Position numbers and translations under genes: made by a program. Below, piece by piece: positions 40,301-48,328 of a DNA stretch of 64,000 nt (the first letter of the stretch is position 1; every line of letters begins with the position of its first letter). Source of the stretch: Rubripirellula sp. (lineage in GTDB: Bacteria > Planctomycetota > Planctomycetia > Pirellulales > Pirellulaceae); NCBI GenBank assembly GCA_965216875.1, contig OZ244207.1, forward strand, positions 1 to 64,000, given 5' to 3'. Below the pieces are notes generated by a model that worked only from the letters and a program-made list of their open reading frames with translations, had not been told where the DNA came from and did no database searches.

Positions 40301-41224
40301 TTCGACCTGAACGAAACGCTGCAGGTAGCCATCTTCCGCTTTGGTTCCGAGGTGGATCACAGCGTCGGCAATGAATTCTTCGGGCGTCTTTGTCCCGTCA
40401 TTGTTCGCTTCGACAAGGAAGACCAAATGACATTTCCCTGCCGCTGTGCGAATTAACTGTGCGACGCGCGATCTCCGATCACGTCGCTGACCGAACGCAT
40501 CGATGTCGCCAACAAGGACTTCAAGTCCCTCGACCGCATCGACGATCATCAAGTGCTTTGGCTGGTGCGGCTCGGGCGGAGGTAGTGATCCGATCAGCCG
40601 GTTGATGTATCCCCAGTCGTCGCCAGTGGTGTGAGTGGCGAGGTCAATGAAATGAACGTGCCCTTCGTTGTCCTCCCAGATTCCATCGTCAAGCGGCAAG
40701 CGTTCACTGAGTTCGGTTTGTTCGACATCCTTCACATTGAACTGTTCGAGGACGTGGCTGATATCGTAGGGGTCGTCGATCCGACCTGGGCAGCAGTTGA
40801 GACCGAAGTTGCGCCAAGAGACGTCCGCACGTCCGAAGGTCAAATCCGTGGATGCATAAAGCACGAGTGGATCAAAGTCTTTTCGAGCGTCGCCGAGGAA
40901 CTCGTTGACGTCGGCGCGATAGCGCGCGGCCATGTGCATGGCGAGAATCGATTTGCCCACCCCGTCGATTCCGATCAAGCAGACCGAAACAGTATCCTGC
41001 TTGAGGGTCTTGCCCTTGACGAGCGAGTTGATTCCCACGCCTGGCTTGAGATTGCTGAGGATCTTTCCGTCACCGACATCGACGCGCGGGTGTCCCAGCA
41101 GAGTGTCGAGGCTTGGAATGCCGAATCGCAAAACGAGGCGGTCTTTTGCATCGGCCGCGTCTTCGGCGTCAGGAACATCAGGTGTGTCGGCCGCATCGTT
41201 GTTGTCGAGTTCTTCTTTTATCAC
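37367..41224 (-). CDS. Tandem KaiC/RAD55-like ATPase domains fused to a C-terminal solute-binding-protein-like domain
   Basis: Domain 1: FGIPSLDTLL, Walker A GIDGVGKS, Walker B IVDAVE, EEFIADAVIHL, VEKVR. Domain 2: FGIENLDGIL, GEDQTYKS, LVIDNW. C-terminal: VLQVDEFW, VPYAWDFGFLMVNR, FRTWYS, LPGSRSVRGDWFLA, LLTS, GLPVR. GTG start. Confidence 0.85.
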   Translation of the reverse strand: MIKEELDNNDAADTPDVPDAEDAADAKDRLVLRFGIPSLDTLLGHPRVDVGDGKILSNLKPGVGINSLVKGKTLKQDTVSVCLIGIDGVGKSILAMHMAARYRADVNEFLGDARKDFDPLVLYASTDLTFGRADVSWRNFGLNCCPGRIDDPYDISHVLEQFNVKDVEQTELSERLPLDDGIWEDNEGHVHFIDLATHTTGDDWGYINRLIGSLPPPEPHQPKHLMIVDAVEGLEVLVGDIDAFGQRRDRRSRVAQLIRTAAGKCHLVFLVEANNDGTKTPEEFIADAVIHLGTKAEDGYLQRFVQVEKVRAQAHVPGPHALIIRDGRGSTTGESFNADDPPVIAVQKRDGMPPFALEEKGIPAETRNVSQSYVYVLHSLNLVNRQIMKAKGQRIESSTPPLASFGIENLDGILEARDFDRNIELIGDPRGISTADPVALIGEDQTYKSKLSKAFLAQAKRKRDDDESCVAILITTKTLERAGLIERLERHLGEKITDRHHVFCRRLEVHTQTGESLFHVISQAVKRAQATLLLELDANGYPKDGSVWQDEEKRRKIGWRVRLVIDNWTAIRDMYPLVERDPLFLPCLMFFLRREGIATLIVGNEARGFTAQLALKATRRLRELTAMQLFTWRVPYFGESRVAITVTPQQNSGQGSFTRELKVFQNPQTNGDKFLRPPHLKNNQSWKVAVGRAFELYEGLEKGEDPPRYVPLRVHLYAGSQTAQTYIEDIRFLFEKMTNASEQSPSVICDEDPGNYERLREFTELQGVARYPYTLVLQVDEFWSRSHSMQLQDQHAFLDAETSEVSYRRDNSSGSFVVDKVYNYITDDPFHLFQPTEAMHVANIASLEGSEEPLQTKTLRRSDFFSTTGYDLPELLKREPHVQKVPYAWDFGFLMVNRTAWQGSSDHRNTWDQFTTLDTDAGATADPGLAMKGGNVLDWRKLAEQCNDIALARNRSLANNQHHYVPFAVAPEIQETISCLFFEIWASEIDKDLHSSNGKMGTHPSGHRHTIDDVFPHSREEHSIWNLAEILTCFNEEAHRALLIMAALLPPEVMTDENIAKPQNEGNRIPVAFRTWYSAAHTTQEPRRVNDIYIPARLPGSRSVRGDWFLATARGSRSYQMGERAIDLLTSRRANILRLQYGIGLPVRDANQLATENDSHQELWTPLWHHDESDNRTHKVKYHELVQLGMREGEDAFRWLWRSRIRQYDRHARLLRRWICSTLRQSNSLLDNKPPLEAYNCAGSQRFKDRINSFVESLNRATISDSVRKSSIPDPLTAEKAESDA

Positions 41225-41230
41225 GGTTGG

Positions 41231-42640
41231 CTACTCGCCCTGTAAATCGAGATTTCGTGCCACGGCGACCAGCCCCTCGTAGACCTCGTCTGGGACATCG
41301 GGGACGTCTGGACCTGACGGCTTGTTCTGCGCAAGGGCCTTGGCAAAGTACTGGCGTCCAAGGCAGTCGTGTAAGAAATTGACATGAGGTGTCAGAGAAC
41401 CAATTCCGGACGCGACTAACGCGTTTGTCGAGGCGGGCGTCCGCCGCCAGAGCGTCGGCACAACGGTGGTCCAGGTAGTGCCTTCGTGGGTGAATGCAAT
41501 CTGTTTCAAGTGGACCGCGGCGAGAATTCGCTTTCCAATCAGCCCGCGTTTTGACGAAGTTTCGACTGCTGTCGCCTCAAAAACCTTGGTGAAAACATCT
41601 TGTAGCGAACCGGCATGCAACGTTGTCACAACGAGGTGCCCCGTTCCTGCGAAGTCAATCAGTTCCTTGAGGTCTTGCTTCTTGCGGGTCTCGCCCACAA
41701 GCATGCAGGCTGGTGTCTGACGCAACGCGTCGACAAAGACATCGGCAAGGTCGTCGTAGTCTTTGTTGTTTCGGTCCCGTGCTGTGTAATCAATGATGTC
41801 GGATAGTTGCGGGACTCCATCCCGCGGTGGTTTTGCAAACCATGTTTCAACCGGGTCTTCACACGTCAGCAAATGGGGATTGCGCTCTTTGTGTTTTCGC
41901 AAAAAGCCGTAGGTCTTCTCATGCTCAAAGAGCATGTGGATCATGGCTCGAGTGATCAGGCTTTTGGCGCTCTTGGTTTGTCCCGCAATCAATATCGCGC
42001 CGTGGAGCGATTCCAAGGCTGGCTCGGGACGTTTCTTTTCTTGTCGCGGCTCATGAAGGAACACCTCGTTGAACAGCATTTCGGCAATTTGTGCAATGCT
42101 GCAAGTGTTCGGTGGATCAAAGTCCGTCTTTCCCTTGTAACCCGACGTTTTGACGAGCTTGTTGATCCGATCCTGCTTCGTTTCGATGACGGGGCTGGCT
42201 GTTTCGCCCTCGAGCCTGATGACCCATTTGGCAGTGCGGAGTTCGGCTAGGATTTCATCAGGTGTCTTGTCCTGGTTGGTTTCAAGATTGAGAAACGTTT
42301 CGAGTTGCTTTTTCGCAGTCTTGATGTCGCTACCGTCCGCTCGGACGGTCGTGCTCGTTAACGTTTCACGCTTTTTCTCCTCACCGCGCACGTTGCTGCA
42401 CATGCAGAGGAGGCATCGGCCCTTGAACTTCACTTCCGTGTCGTCTGGCAGTCTCGCAGTGAACTCATGATCTGCGCTAAGGGAATGTTCTAACGAAGCA
42501 TCGGTGTTAGAAAACTCCTTGGCGAGTCTATGAAGGCCGTTGTCCAAGTAGAACGTGAAGTCGCTATCCAATTGAATGTTCGACCACACCTTCGTTTCGT
42601 GGTTATAGTCAACTCGACCGTAAAGAGTAGGGACAACCAA
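41231..42640 (-). CDS. Divergent PilT/GspE-family (T2SS/T4P) ATPase
   Basis: Walker A-like GQTKSAKS, Asp box TCEDPVE, 'DALRQTP..LVGETR' Walker B, His box TGHLVVTTLH; TTG start; 6 nt upstream of the KaiC fusion gene. Confidence 0.85.
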   Translation of the reverse strand: MVVPTLYGRVDYNHETKVWSNIQLDSDFTFYLDNGLHRLAKEFSNTDASLEHSLSADHEFTARLPDDTEVKFKGRCLLCMCSNVRGEEKKRETLTSTTVRADGSDIKTAKKQLETFLNLETNQDKTPDEILAELRTAKWVIRLEGETASPVIETKQDRINKLVKTSGYKGKTDFDPPNTCSIAQIAEMLFNEVFLHEPRQEKKRPEPALESLHGAILIAGQTKSAKSLITRAMIHMLFEHEKTYGFLRKHKERNPHLLTCEDPVETWFAKPPRDGVPQLSDIIDYTARDRNNKDYDDLADVFVDALRQTPACMLVGETRKKQDLKELIDFAGTGHLVVTTLHAGSLQDVFTKVFEATAVETSSKRGLIGKRILAAVHLKQIAFTHEGTTWTTVVPTLWRRTPASTNALVASGIGSLTPHVNFLHDCLGRQYFAKALAQNKPSGPDVPDVPDEVYEGLVAVARNLDLQGE

Positions 42641-42822
42641 TTGCTTGCTGGTCCATCGTCGTGGTTCTCTCGAAGAGCCGGAGCCATCCAGGAAAGCTCA
42701 CGGCGCACCGCCTTGGTGGGAGCTTGAAACTACGTACGCGAACAACCAGCGTCTATGGAAACCAGAGGGAAGGCCTGGGGACACCCTTCGGGGCAATCGC
42801 GACTTGCCAGGCCTCGCGCCTG

Positions 42823-42918
42823 CGTAGGGTGTGTGCTTGCACGCACCGCCAAGAGACCAAGCACGGAGAGACCAAGCGGGAAGAGACAAGCTTGGTGCGC
42901 GCAAGCACACACCCTACG
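42823..42918. repeat. REP doublet, family B
   Basis: CGTAGGGTGTGTGCTTGCACGCACC (42823-42847) inverted to GGTGCGCGCAAGCACACACCCTACG (42894-42918), 1 mismatch; spacer holds 3 copies of AGAGAC(C)AAGC. Confidence 0.9.
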
Positions 42919-42939
42919 GAAGAGATTTGATACTGCGGA

Positions 42940-45129
42940 CTAGTTTGTGGCGATCATGTCGAAGAGGTCGCTGGGGTTTGCCGCGCTGAGGATGCGGTCG
43001 CGCTGGGTTGGGTTTCCGATGAGTCGGGCGATGAAGGAGAGATGATCGAGATGCTCGTCGGCTTTGCCAATCGGGCTGAGAAGCATAAAGACGATCTCGA
43101 TCGGACGCCCTGTGAGTGGACAAATGACTTGGTTGTTCGGTCGCGCAACGACCACGCTGGTTTGCTCGACTTCGGATGTCCAAGCGTGTGGCAGCGCGAT
43201 GCCATTTCCCAAAAGACTTGTGTACTCTTCCTCGCGTTCCCACATGTTTGTCAGCAGTTTCTCTGCGTCGATTGCTGGGTTGCGTTTTTGTAGATGCTCT
43301 ACCATCTCACGGTACAGGTCCTTCAGTTCGCCACGATCGCTGAAGATCACATCCTCGCGATTGAGTGGCAAACGGAGGCGTTGTTGTCCGAGTTGCCAGT
43401 CGTACACCAACCACTCTTCGTCATCGGGCGATGCTTGTTCGGGGCTGCCCGCGATGACGGACTTGGCTCGCACCGTCATCATGATCTCTTCGGGCAGTGG
43501 TGGTGCGCCCGAGTCACTTGCCCGGTTATGAAGCGGGGCGGGGCCGCTGCCAGGTTCCATCCAACGATTCAGCGGTATCTCTTTCCAAACGCGTGTGCCA
43601 GCGAGAAGGTGTTGGTTGTCCGTCGTTTCATAACCCGACTTTTCCCAGCGTAGTATCTGTTTGCCCTCGAGCAACTCGGACCATCGGCTGCAGAGCATGC
43701 GGTTGAGGTCGGGATTGGGGGTGAGCGCGAGCAGGTTCCCGCACGCGAAAAGCGACGGGTGTTCTTCGGGCTTGAGCAACATCGCATCTTCGTTCAACGC
43801 GATCAGTCCCTCTTGTTGGGCGAGCCGGATTTCTCTGGCATTGGTGTCGATCAAGACAACGGAAACACCATGTTTGCGAAAGAATCTCGCGATCTGTCGG
43901 CCGAGGGCATGGCAACCGACAATCACCCAGCCATCGGGTACGGGGCGAAGCACGCCAAGGAAGTGCCCAACCGTCCCCGCCGTGAAGCCTTGAATGATCA
44001 CGGTGGCGGCGATCACCGAATAGGTAAACGCCTCAAGAAAAGGGGCCTCTTTGGAACCCGACTCGGTCATTGCCAAGGCAAACACGGAAGCCATGGATGC
44101 AGCCACAATGCCACGTGGCGCGATCCAACTGAGAAAGAGTTTCTCGTTCAGTTTCAGGTTGCTGCGGCGAGTCGACAAAAAGACATTCAGCGGTCGAATG
44201 ACAAACATCATGCCCAACACAACCGCGGGCAGTTGCCAACCGTAATCGAAAAAAGCAGAGAGTTTCAGATTGGCGGCCAACAAGACAAAGAGAAGTCCAA
44301 TCAAGAAGTCCTTCAGTTCCGCCTTGTAACTGACAATGTCCCTTTGCTGAGGCGTTTTGAGCAAGCCGAGAATCAGTCCTGCGACCGTAACGCTTAGCAA
44401 ACCGCTTTCGGAAATCATCAGGTCGGCGATCGCAAAGTTCAACATCGCCATCGCGAGCACGAAGATGTTGGTGTGCTCTTCGTCAATCCATCGGCGACGA
44501 AGAACAAAGTCGAGTGCATAGCCAAAGGCGACGCCAAGAACGCTGCCGATCGCGAAGCGGAGCAAAAAGTCCTGTAGCACTAACTGTTGCGATCCATCTG
44601 TGCTGACATAGTATTCAAAGCAAAGCAGCGCAATGAACACGCCGATCGGATCAATAAGCACTCCCTCCCAGTGCAAGATGGCCTGCAGTTTGGGCTGAGC
44701 CCGAATGCGATGTAAAAGGGGACCGATGACAGTCGGTCCCGTGACGATCACCAGACTTGCCGACATGAGGCAGAAGACCCAGTCGAAACCGAATGCAAGT
44801 TTAAGGAGCGCCGTGGTGCCCAGCCATGTGACCAGCACGCCAACGGACAGGATGCGAAGAATCTCGCTACTGACAGTCTTGTAGTCGCTAATGTCAAGCG
44901 TCAGCCCGCCTTCGAACAAAATGATCGCGACGGCAAGCGAGATGAGGATACCGAGTCCGTCACCAAGTGCACTCGGGTTCACAATGCCCAAGCATTCGGG
45001 GCCGGCAAGGACACCACCGATCAAGAGCAACGCGATCGCCGAGGTGCGAAGGTAATTGGCGATCGAAAAAAGGCACACGCCCAGGGCGGCAGCCACCGTA
45101 AAGGTTGTGAGCAGTTCGTGAGGATGCAT
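42940..45129 (-). CDS. CPA1/NhaP-type cation:proton antiporter with TrkA-N-like and PTS EIIA domains
   Basis: ~12 TM; 'ILFEGGL', 'VTGPTVI', 'WEGVLIDP', 'APRGIVAAS'; Rossmann-like 'VIVGCHALG..VLIDTN'; EIIA 'REEEYTSLLGNGIALPHA'. Confidence 0.92.
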   Translation of the reverse strand: MHPHELLTTFTVAAALGVCLFSIANYLRTSAIALLLIGGVLAGPECLGIVNPSALGDGLGILISLAVAIILFEGGLTLDISDYKTVSSEILRILSVGVLVTWLGTTALLKLAFGFDWVFCLMSASLVIVTGPTVIGPLLHRIRAQPKLQAILHWEGVLIDPIGVFIALLCFEYYVSTDGSQQLVLQDFLLRFAIGSVLGVAFGYALDFVLRRRWIDEEHTNIFVLAMAMLNFAIADLMISESGLLSVTVAGLILGLLKTPQQRDIVSYKAELKDFLIGLLFVLLAANLKLSAFFDYGWQLPAVVLGMMFVIRPLNVFLSTRRSNLKLNEKLFLSWIAPRGIVAASMASVFALAMTESGSKEAPFLEAFTYSVIAATVIIQGFTAGTVGHFLGVLRPVPDGWVIVGCHALGRQIARFFRKHGVSVVLIDTNAREIRLAQQEGLIALNEDAMLLKPEEHPSLFACGNLLALTPNPDLNRMLCSRWSELLEGKQILRWEKSGYETTDNQHLLAGTRVWKEIPLNRWMEPGSGPAPLHNRASDSGAPPLPEEIMMTVRAKSVIAGSPEQASPDDEEWLVYDWQLGQQRLRLPLNREDVIFSDRGELKDLYREMVEHLQKRNPAIDAEKLLTNMWEREEEYTSLLGNGIALPHAWTSEVEQTSVVVARPNNQVICPLTGRPIEIVFMLLSPIGKADEHLDHLSFIARLIGNPTQRDRILSAANPSDLFDMIATN

Positions 45130-45425
45130 GCGAAACGTATTGGCTGCGAGGCGAAGGAGTGAACTCGAGCTGAATTAACGGGAGTGACGGATTCATCGAC
45201 ACCAACCGCCGCAGCCAACAAGCTTGGACCACACCGGAAAAATACCGCCTGAGCGTCGATGCATCTACCGGCGTGGGCAAAGCGGTGAGTGGACCTGCCC
45301 CACCGACGCACAGTGTCGGGTTTGCCGCCCAACGCAAATCGCCACTATTTTGAGGATTCGTCGAAGTCGCTCAAAGAGCAATCTCGAGGAACCAACGCTT
45401 GATGAGGCTGGGCACGTCTTGATGT

Positions 45426-47354
45426 TCAATCTCTCGTATGACGGAAGGTGGAGCCTGGCGTGACGACTTCTAGCTTTCCAGAGCCCCAAGGTGAATGAAT
45501 CACCGGGCTTTCGTAGAGGGCGGCAGTAGAAAGGTTTCGACGTTTTCCATTGCGCCAGACGCCAAGATCCAGCGGATCATCGTTCCAGTGAATACCGAGG
45601 TGCTTGCCATCGCTCGATTTGTAGCGTGCGACCCCTTGTTCGAGTTCACTCTCATCAACAACGGCAGCCAAGACCGCTTGAACAAAACGATCAAAAGAAC
45701 CATGTGACTCGCGCTCGCCCACCTCGATTGCCAACCCGCAATAGGACTTGGCGTTTCCCTTCGCACTCAGCACTTGGTGGTTAGGAAAGCGATTCTTTTT
45801 CGAATCGTTCAAATGCTTGGTCAACGCAGCGTCGAATTGAACGGTTGTTGTTCCGAGTGGTCTGATTGCGATCCACGTTCGATCGCATTGCAAAAAGGTC
45901 ACCCCTTTCTTTTCGCTGGCAACGACGTGGTCAGGCACGACCCACAACCAAGGTGAGTCACCGCTTTGCGCCAGCCAGAGTGCCACGTTCTCTTGTTGGG
46001 CGACTCGGTTCTCGTGCGTGACGATGCCCGATTTGTACATGGGCGACCCAGGGTGCGCCGGGTCATGGCCGGGGACGGCATGCAACGCGATCGTGCCGTT
46101 TCGTTTGTCATACGCGAGGATTTTGAAACCGTTGACGTCACCGCCGTCGATCGACGTGCCACCAGTCAGAGATCCCATTTGGTAGCTGTTGGCGATGTAC
46201 TGGGTCTCGACGTACTCGGGCTTGCTCTCGAGCCGAAAGCCCGTTGTTGCATCATAGGAAGGCTTCGCGGCGAAGATCTCGACAGGCTTGTTGATCTGTT
46301 TGCGTGCGAGGTGCACAGCGGCCAAGGGTGGTCGGTAGGCGCTTGTGATTTGATGCACTTCGTCCGATTCCCAATGGTCTTGTTTTCCGGTTGGGTGATC
46401 GCCAAACCACATCCAAAGTGAATTTGCTGCACTTCCGCCGAACGGTTGGGCATGGTTGTAGTCGCGTTTGGTCGGACCGTTGAATCCGCCTCGCCAGTAC
46501 TTGATCGCACCCGCAATGGAATAGAAATCGAGGCACGCCTTGGCTGCTGATTTGACGTCGCGGTCTTTGGCAAAGTCGTAAAGGTTTAGCAGGGGGGCGA
46601 TGGAATGTCCGTGGTAGTTTTCGGAATCCCATTCGCCGATGCCGACGCGATAGAGCGTCTTGGAGTAGTTGAGAATCTGTTGTCGGTAGAGGTCACGCGT
46701 TGCCTCGTTGCCAGTTTCTTCGGCCATCAAGTAAACGCTTGTTGTGCGCATCAACCAGAGGTTCTCGGTGCTGCGAACGTCTACCCAACTGTTGCGCGCA
46801 TCCGGTCCCCAGCCTTCTTTTTTGCCTTCGTACGCGTAGTGAGGACGACGTAGCGGGTCTTTCGATGTCCAGCGATTTGCGCCGTCAAACATTTGTTTGC
46901 GGTAGGCCGGATCGAGTAGGTCGCCAAAGTAGAAGTACTTTCGCATTTGATGCTTCAGCGTGAAACAAGCGAAATAGTCGATGCCAAGTGTTTCGCGATG
47001 CCACAGCTCATGTTGATGGTCACGAGCCTGCAGGTGCTTCAGTGCAATTGCATGGTTTCCGCCCAAGACATGGGCCATGAGGAAACCGTACGATCGCTTT
47101 TCATTCTCGAAGTAGGTGTTGACGCCCGCTTTGGTGTCGCGCGTTTGCGCTGTGATGACGTCGTGGGCGCGTCGCTGAAACTCGTCTTCGAGTTCTTGCG
47201 GCCAGTGGTTGATCAAATCCGACGGAATTGACTTTGCGTGGTACGTCGTTTTGTCACCCTCTCGTGAAACCATCTTTGTGAGGTCCCACTGTGCCAAAGA
47301 GTGGCCACTTGAGCCCCACAAGAGAAAGCAGAACAAATAGTAATAGCGATACAC
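45426..47354 (-). CDS. Secreted hypothetical protein (possibly heparinase II/III-like alpha/alpha + beta-sandwich fold)
   Basis: Signal peptide; 'TENLWLM', 'GEWDSENYHGH..LLNLYDFA', 'GPTKRDY'; function is a guess. Confidence 0.7.
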   Translation of the reverse strand: MYRYYYLFCFLLWGSSGHSLAQWDLTKMVSREGDKTTYHAKSIPSDLINHWPQELEDEFQRRAHDVITAQTRDTKAGVNTYFENEKRSYGFLMAHVLGGNHAIALKHLQARDHQHELWHRETLGIDYFACFTLKHQMRKYFYFGDLLDPAYRKQMFDGANRWTSKDPLRRPHYAYEGKKEGWGPDARNSWVDVRSTENLWLMRTTSVYLMAEETGNEATRDLYRQQILNYSKTLYRVGIGEWDSENYHGHSIAPLLNLYDFAKDRDVKSAAKACLDFYSIAGAIKYWRGGFNGPTKRDYNHAQPFGGSAANSLWMWFGDHPTGKQDHWESDEVHQITSAYRPPLAAVHLARKQINKPVEIFAAKPSYDATTGFRLESKPEYVETQYIANSYQMGSLTGGTSIDGGDVNGFKILAYDKRNGTIALHAVPGHDPAHPGSPMYKSGIVTHENRVAQQENVALWLAQSGDSPWLWVVPDHVVASEKKGVTFLQCDRTWIAIRPLGTTTVQFDAALTKHLNDSKKNRFPNHQVLSAKGNAKSYCGLAIEVGERESHGSFDRFVQAVLAAVVDESELEQGVARYKSSDGKHLGIHWNDDPLDLGVWRNGKRRNLSTAALYESPVIHSPWGSGKLEVVTPGSTFRHTRD

Positions 47355-47468
47355 GGCATCGATTCCCGGTTGATTGAGTTCCGTCGGCTAACTGGCAACA
47401 GAACGTGCTTTCCAGCAAATCATACCCAACGCGTCTGCGACGCATCCCCTTTCTGTCGTGATGCCGGC

Positions 47469-47775
47469 AGACCAGCTGGGCTCTCGGAGAAGCGAACCAC
47501 TCATCAACACTCATCGAACACTGATCAGGCCGAGCAGGGGCATGTTCATTAGTGTTCGATTCAAAGGATCTGTGTTCCCAGACTTGAGAACTCTGTTCCC
47601 GCGATCATTGGTCTCGGTGTTGGCGGTGTCATCGCGTCCTCATCTTATTGTGTTGCCGTTAGACCAGCTGGGCTCTCGGAGAGGCAAACCACTCATCAAC
47701 ACTCATCGAACACTGATCAGGCCGAGCAGGGGCGCATTCACTAGTGTTCGATTTCAAGGATCAGTGTTCCCAGAC
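47469..47775. repeat. Two direct copies of a 115-bp structured element (47469-47583, 47661-47775)
   Basis: Near-identical copies 192 nt apart; each has ACCACTCATCAACACTCATCGAACACTGAT pairing with (A)TAGTGTTCGAT, and CTGGG...CCCAG near the ends. Confidence 0.9.
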
Positions 47776-47804
47776 GAAAATATCGACTCGACAGCGCACA
47801 AACT

Positions 47805-48233
47805 CTATGCGCCACTCATCACCGCGATTCCGATAAACGCGATGGCTCCGAAGACCAACAGCAATGAGAGGCCGCAAAGGATGGTGCCAATGATGCCGAT
47901 GACTAATGCGGCGGTTTCGATCCCACGTCCCGTCGGATCCATTTCACCGGCGTCGATGAGCTTGATGTCTCGTCGTGCGAGCAACCATGCTGGCACGGAA
48001 AGCCCTAGGCCAAACATGGAAATCACTGGGCACGTGACCCACCCCATCAGTGCAACGCAAAGGCCAAGGATGCCCAAGGTGAGTGTTAGTCCGCCCATGT
48101 GTGGGCGGTACGTCGAATTAGGACCTTGCACTGGTGTCGGACGCGTCGCGGGAATCTCAGATTGAAGCGGAGACGCGAACGGATTGGGGTCGTTGTTTGG
48201 ATCTTCGTAAGGTGGCGGAAATCCTTGGCTCAT
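47805..48233 (-). CDS. Small membrane protein, DUF4190-like
   Basis: Pro-rich 'NPFASP' N-terminus; 'PHMGGLTLTLGILG', 'GEMDPTGRG..ALVIGIIG'; ATG 48233. Confidence 0.8.
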   Translation of the reverse strand: MSQGFPPPYEDPNNDPNPFASPLQSEIPATRPTPVQGPNSTYRPHMGGLTLTLGILGLCVALMGWVTCPVISMFGLGLSVPAWLLARRDIKLIDAGEMDPTGRGIETAALVIGIIGTILCGLSLLLVFGAIAFIGIAVMSGA

Positions 48234-48328
48234 CCAATCATTCGTCCTGGTGAGTGAAAACGCGACTCGAACTCGCAAATTGTAGTCTATCAGGCCACGA
48301 TCCGCTCTGATCGGGGCGCGGATCGGTC

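Noticed and set aside
37367..41224. Circadian clock kaiC
   Set aside because: No kaiA/kaiB, no ST phospho-sites, second domain degenerate and extra C-terminal domain
41231..42640. Canonical pilT/gspE of a pilus or T2SS locus
   Set aside because: No structural genes in the window, altered Walker A and no AIRNLIRE motif; gene symbol withheld
45270..45335. Possible riboswitch/hairpin upstream of the antiporter
   Set aside because: Only weak imperfect pairing (GGGCAAA/TTTGCC); no recognisable riboswitch consensus
47458..48165. 235-aa plus-strand ORF
   Set aside because: It merely translates the 115-bp DNA repeats and runs antisense to the DUF4190-like gene
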